This document shows positions 60,781-64,000 of a DNA stretch of 64,000 nt, one piece after another. The notes beneath the pieces were generated by a model. That model had not been told where the DNA came from. It worked only from the letters and a program-made list of their open reading frames with translations, and made no database searches. Each line of letters opens with the position of its first letter. Within the stretch, counting starts at the first letter, position 1. Origin of the DNA: Chara braunii (Eukaryota > Plantae > Charophyceae); the NCBI GenBank assembly GCA_003427395.1, contig BFEA01000034.1:1896934-1960933 (forward strand), read 5' to 3'. The position numbers and the translations under genes are program-made.

Positions 60781-63222
60781 ACAACGTATTCCCCATCTCC
60801 CGAGCTGTCCTAGCTCATACACGTGTCACGTCGTCATGGAACTGGGGACCGAATTCCCTCCCTATCACCTCATCCTACCCTATCACTCCCTAACCATCGT
60901 CTGGAAATACTGGTCGTGCAAACTGGCCGTGTCCAACTGTAAAGGTCCCAACTGCAGAGCAGGGCCTGAACACAGGCATTGGGGCCCGACCGGAAGCTAC
61001 TGGAAGTTTCTCAGCCGGGCCACAAACAGCCAAATAGGGGTTGCCACTTCCATATAGGGAGTGAAGCAGCCAGGGTCAGGCATTCTGGCCCACGCAGGCC
61101 ATGTGGTCACGCTGCTGCGTTGCTGCGCGAGAGGCTGCATGCTGCGTTAGCGGCCAGGGCGCATGCGGGCGCTGGTGAGGTGAGAGGGGTGCTGTTGGGC
61201 AACGGAGCGCGAGCAGCTATAGCCGGGCTGCACGGCGCAAGGGGCGATCGGTGGTCTTCAGGAAGGACGCAAGTGTGGGTGGTCCAGGAAGTGATGAGGG
61301 AAGGCAAGATACGTACCTGGTGCATGAGGGAGGTCGACTCATGTACATTGGTCTTCAAAGTCGAAGTGAGCCCGTTGCGTGAATGCGGCTGTAGTACGAT
61401 AGGCGAGTAGTGTAGGCTGGGCGTTGGGCGCCAGACACATGAGCAACATTGGATACTGTGTTGGTGTGGCCTGAGGGCTTGAACATTGGCTTAGGAGTTC
61501 ATTGTATTGCTCTTATTTGGATGGAATCTCGGTGCATTTGTGCTCTCTGCTTGTACATGACTACTTGGACATCTGTGTGATTTCGCAACTTGGTTTTCTG
61601 TATATCGTTCTCACTCATATTCCTTGCAATTTGGTATTGGAGTTGGTTCGTGATCGCCATTACCTGGCGCTAGCGACGTTGTTACTTGGTGCACCGACGA
61701 TGCTTCTGTGCAGTTAGGATACTTCGGCACTGGCATGTTTTTGCGGCACCCGGGTAGAGGGGTAAGCCGCTGGAAGGCTGTGGCAACAACGTAGGAGCTA
61801 TTGCGACAACGGATGTATGTATGATGATGAGAGCATGCTGATGTGGCATTTTGGCTGAGGTGGTACTGCATCGCGTTGTGGGTGGTACCAAAGCTACGAC
61901 CCATCATTGAAATGCACATTGGCTCAATTGGTGAGAAATTTGTGGTTGGGGGCAACTATCTCCAGGTATGTTGTACCCTCTCAATCTCTTCTGACCGCGA
62001 GGAAGTTAGTCCAACCTTCAGTGTCCTCTCTTTTGTGTAAGGAGTCGTGAGCGCTTTACCTTGAGAGACAACATTCTTCCCGGTGGCGTATCTAGCAGGA
62101 GAGGCCGGTGCCTCCAAAGGGCCCTGGTTGAAGCACGGGTCACGGTCACCATGCCAACCCATGGGAGTAGTACACGCATGCCATGCTGCTTTGTCCTTTG
62201 AAGGCTCTTTGTTGCGCTAATAGAAGGGGTGTGTAGACTGACCAGTCCTATGCAGACGCTTACCAGAGCGTCTATAAATACTTCTGGCGCGGTTCTGATA
62301 TATGTCCACCGCCTTTGATCGTGGTCCTGTTTGCGACGTTAAATAATTCATGAGGACCGTTGGGGTTGTCCTTAAACTGCCTCTTGATCAGCTAGATCAG
62401 TCTGACGTAAGGCTCGTTGCACGCAAGGATAAAGAATGGGCAGTTCTGGTCATAAGCATATGCCTTGGGAATAGGGGTTGGCGGTTCATGCACACCTTAG
62501 ACACCGCTGCTCAATGATGCAGACAGGCACGTTGGATACATGGAAGGGAGATTCCAATTGAGACTCAACTATAAATCACAACTATACCCATTGGGCATAC
62601 ATCTGCTCACATAATTTATTTTTATTTTGATTAGTTGGTTGATAGAATGCTAACACCTCACAGATAGCCTAGACTAGGATTGTAATGTTCTACCATAGTC
62701 AGTTCTCCTCGAAGCTTCTGTAAGTGAACTAATCGAAGTAGATTTAGATTATGTGTACATTCTGTGTAAATGTTGTTGATACCGCTTGAACGGTAGCCTA
62801 GGTTACTTGTCGGATATTATTTTATTTTTAATGATTTTTTAAAACCGGTCAGATGCATGATGCGGTAGGTTCCAGAGAGAACATTAGTGCAGACAGTGTA
62901 TGCCTAGCCGATGAGCGGATCAGAAGGTGGTGAAAGTACAACTTACGATAGAAGGCAGACACGACGTGATACACGTAGGATACCTGTAGTGTTCCAGGTT
63001 CTGCTACCGAGAGACGAAGGATCACGGCCGAAGCAAGGGCCCGTTTCCTTGAGACTGCTAGTGGAGCAGCAGCAGTTGTGGAAAGGACGTAGCAGCAGCA
63101 GCGGCTAGCACAATAGCAATGACTACCTTTGCATCATAGTCTGTGACTACCTCGTCTGGTCAGTTGCTCGGTGTGCCGAACAACACCAACGCGCAGTCTA
63201 TCTCCAGTATGTCAGGATCCCG

Positions 63223-64000
63223 TGTCAGAGCAGAAACCCTCACAAGGGTATCTGCTCGAGTTTTTCGATGTCAGACGCTGTTTGACTTTTTCGTTCAATT
63301 AAGGGACTTGATGAGATTGACGTTTGCCATAAATTTATTCAAACTAGCCTATGACCGAGAGACTAGAACTTTTTTGGACCTTAGCCCGAACGCTTGTGAC
63401 GTCTGAGAATAATGGCTGTAATCGACAATGTGACCGGTAAAATGCGGTTTCTAGCAAGGTCGCGGAGGCACGCGGTCGTGGAAATGTTAAAGCTAAAGAC
63501 CTATCCTACTTAAAAAAAATGATGCACGACTGTTAAGCCGCGTGATTCAGGGTCTAGGTACATTGAAAAGAGCAGCCATGTAAGATATAGGGCCGCGCCA
63601 TAAAAGAAAGGGGTCGCCTAATTTTTTATTTTGGAACCTACGGAGTCCGATTTTTGCATCCGGGGTCAGGAGAAACGGCATCGTGGCCTGCCCGTTTGGG
63701 TGGCCGCTGATGTTGTTGATAGGTAGCCGGCCACGGAAAAGGAGGCGGGTAAGCAAAGCCTACCTATACACACAAAGACACGCTGCCATATCTGTACTAT
63801 GCACTTAAAGCGCACAAATCGCCCCCTGGGCTTCGCAGTATTGTCGGCGTCACAGAGCGGAATAATCTCTCCCTGCTGCAACGATCTCGATCAACTACGC
63901 CATCTGTTCATGCAGTCCACCATCGACCTCCCCACAAACCCTTGGCCAGTACTACCGTCACTTCTGCCCGCCTCAGCGTTGCACTACAAGGAGTCATTGA
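63223..64000 (+). mobile_element. Probable element/LTR start (TGTCAG plus hairpin), running off the window
   Basis: TGTCAGAGCAGAAACCCT-CACA-AGGGTATCTGCTC, the same design as at 15258 (minus) and 21588 (plus). Confidence 0.45.

Noticed and set aside
61000-62530. Decayed coding-like sequence on the minus strand
   Set aside because: No recognisable motif and only fragmented frames.

Overview
Eukaryotic, repeat-saturated window with no convincing intact host protein gene. The plant-type U2 snRNA, tRNA-iMet PBS, element repertoire and microsatellite style suggest a green-lineage genome, most like the charophyte Chara (inference). Recognisable content: a decayed Ty3/Gypsy element (gag-PR-RT, PBS, LTR; minus strand, 15.3-21 kb); a full-length U2 snRNA gene plus a truncated, chimeric U2 copy; a decayed Penelope-like element with an N-terminal GIY-YIG endonuclease (Naiad/Chlamys architecture) and a minimal type I hammerhead ribozyme; a separate type III hammerhead mini-element sitting in (AT)n; two L1-clade LINE remnants; tRNA-derived repeats; and several satellites. 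The most interesting unexplained signals are non-coding and structural: (i) about 12 hairpins at 25.8-26.8 kb with a near-constant TAAGTT loop, covarying stems and mostly unique spacers; (ii) a structured 3'-terminal RNA module with compensatory changes, shared by several tailed retroposons, the Penelope 3' end and the U2 chimera; (iii) the type III hammerhead mini-element; (iv) a cluster of lox-like 7-8-7 sites in both orientations; (v) a shared TGTCAG+hairpin terminus on three unrelated elements. All calls were made by eye and boundaries are approximate.
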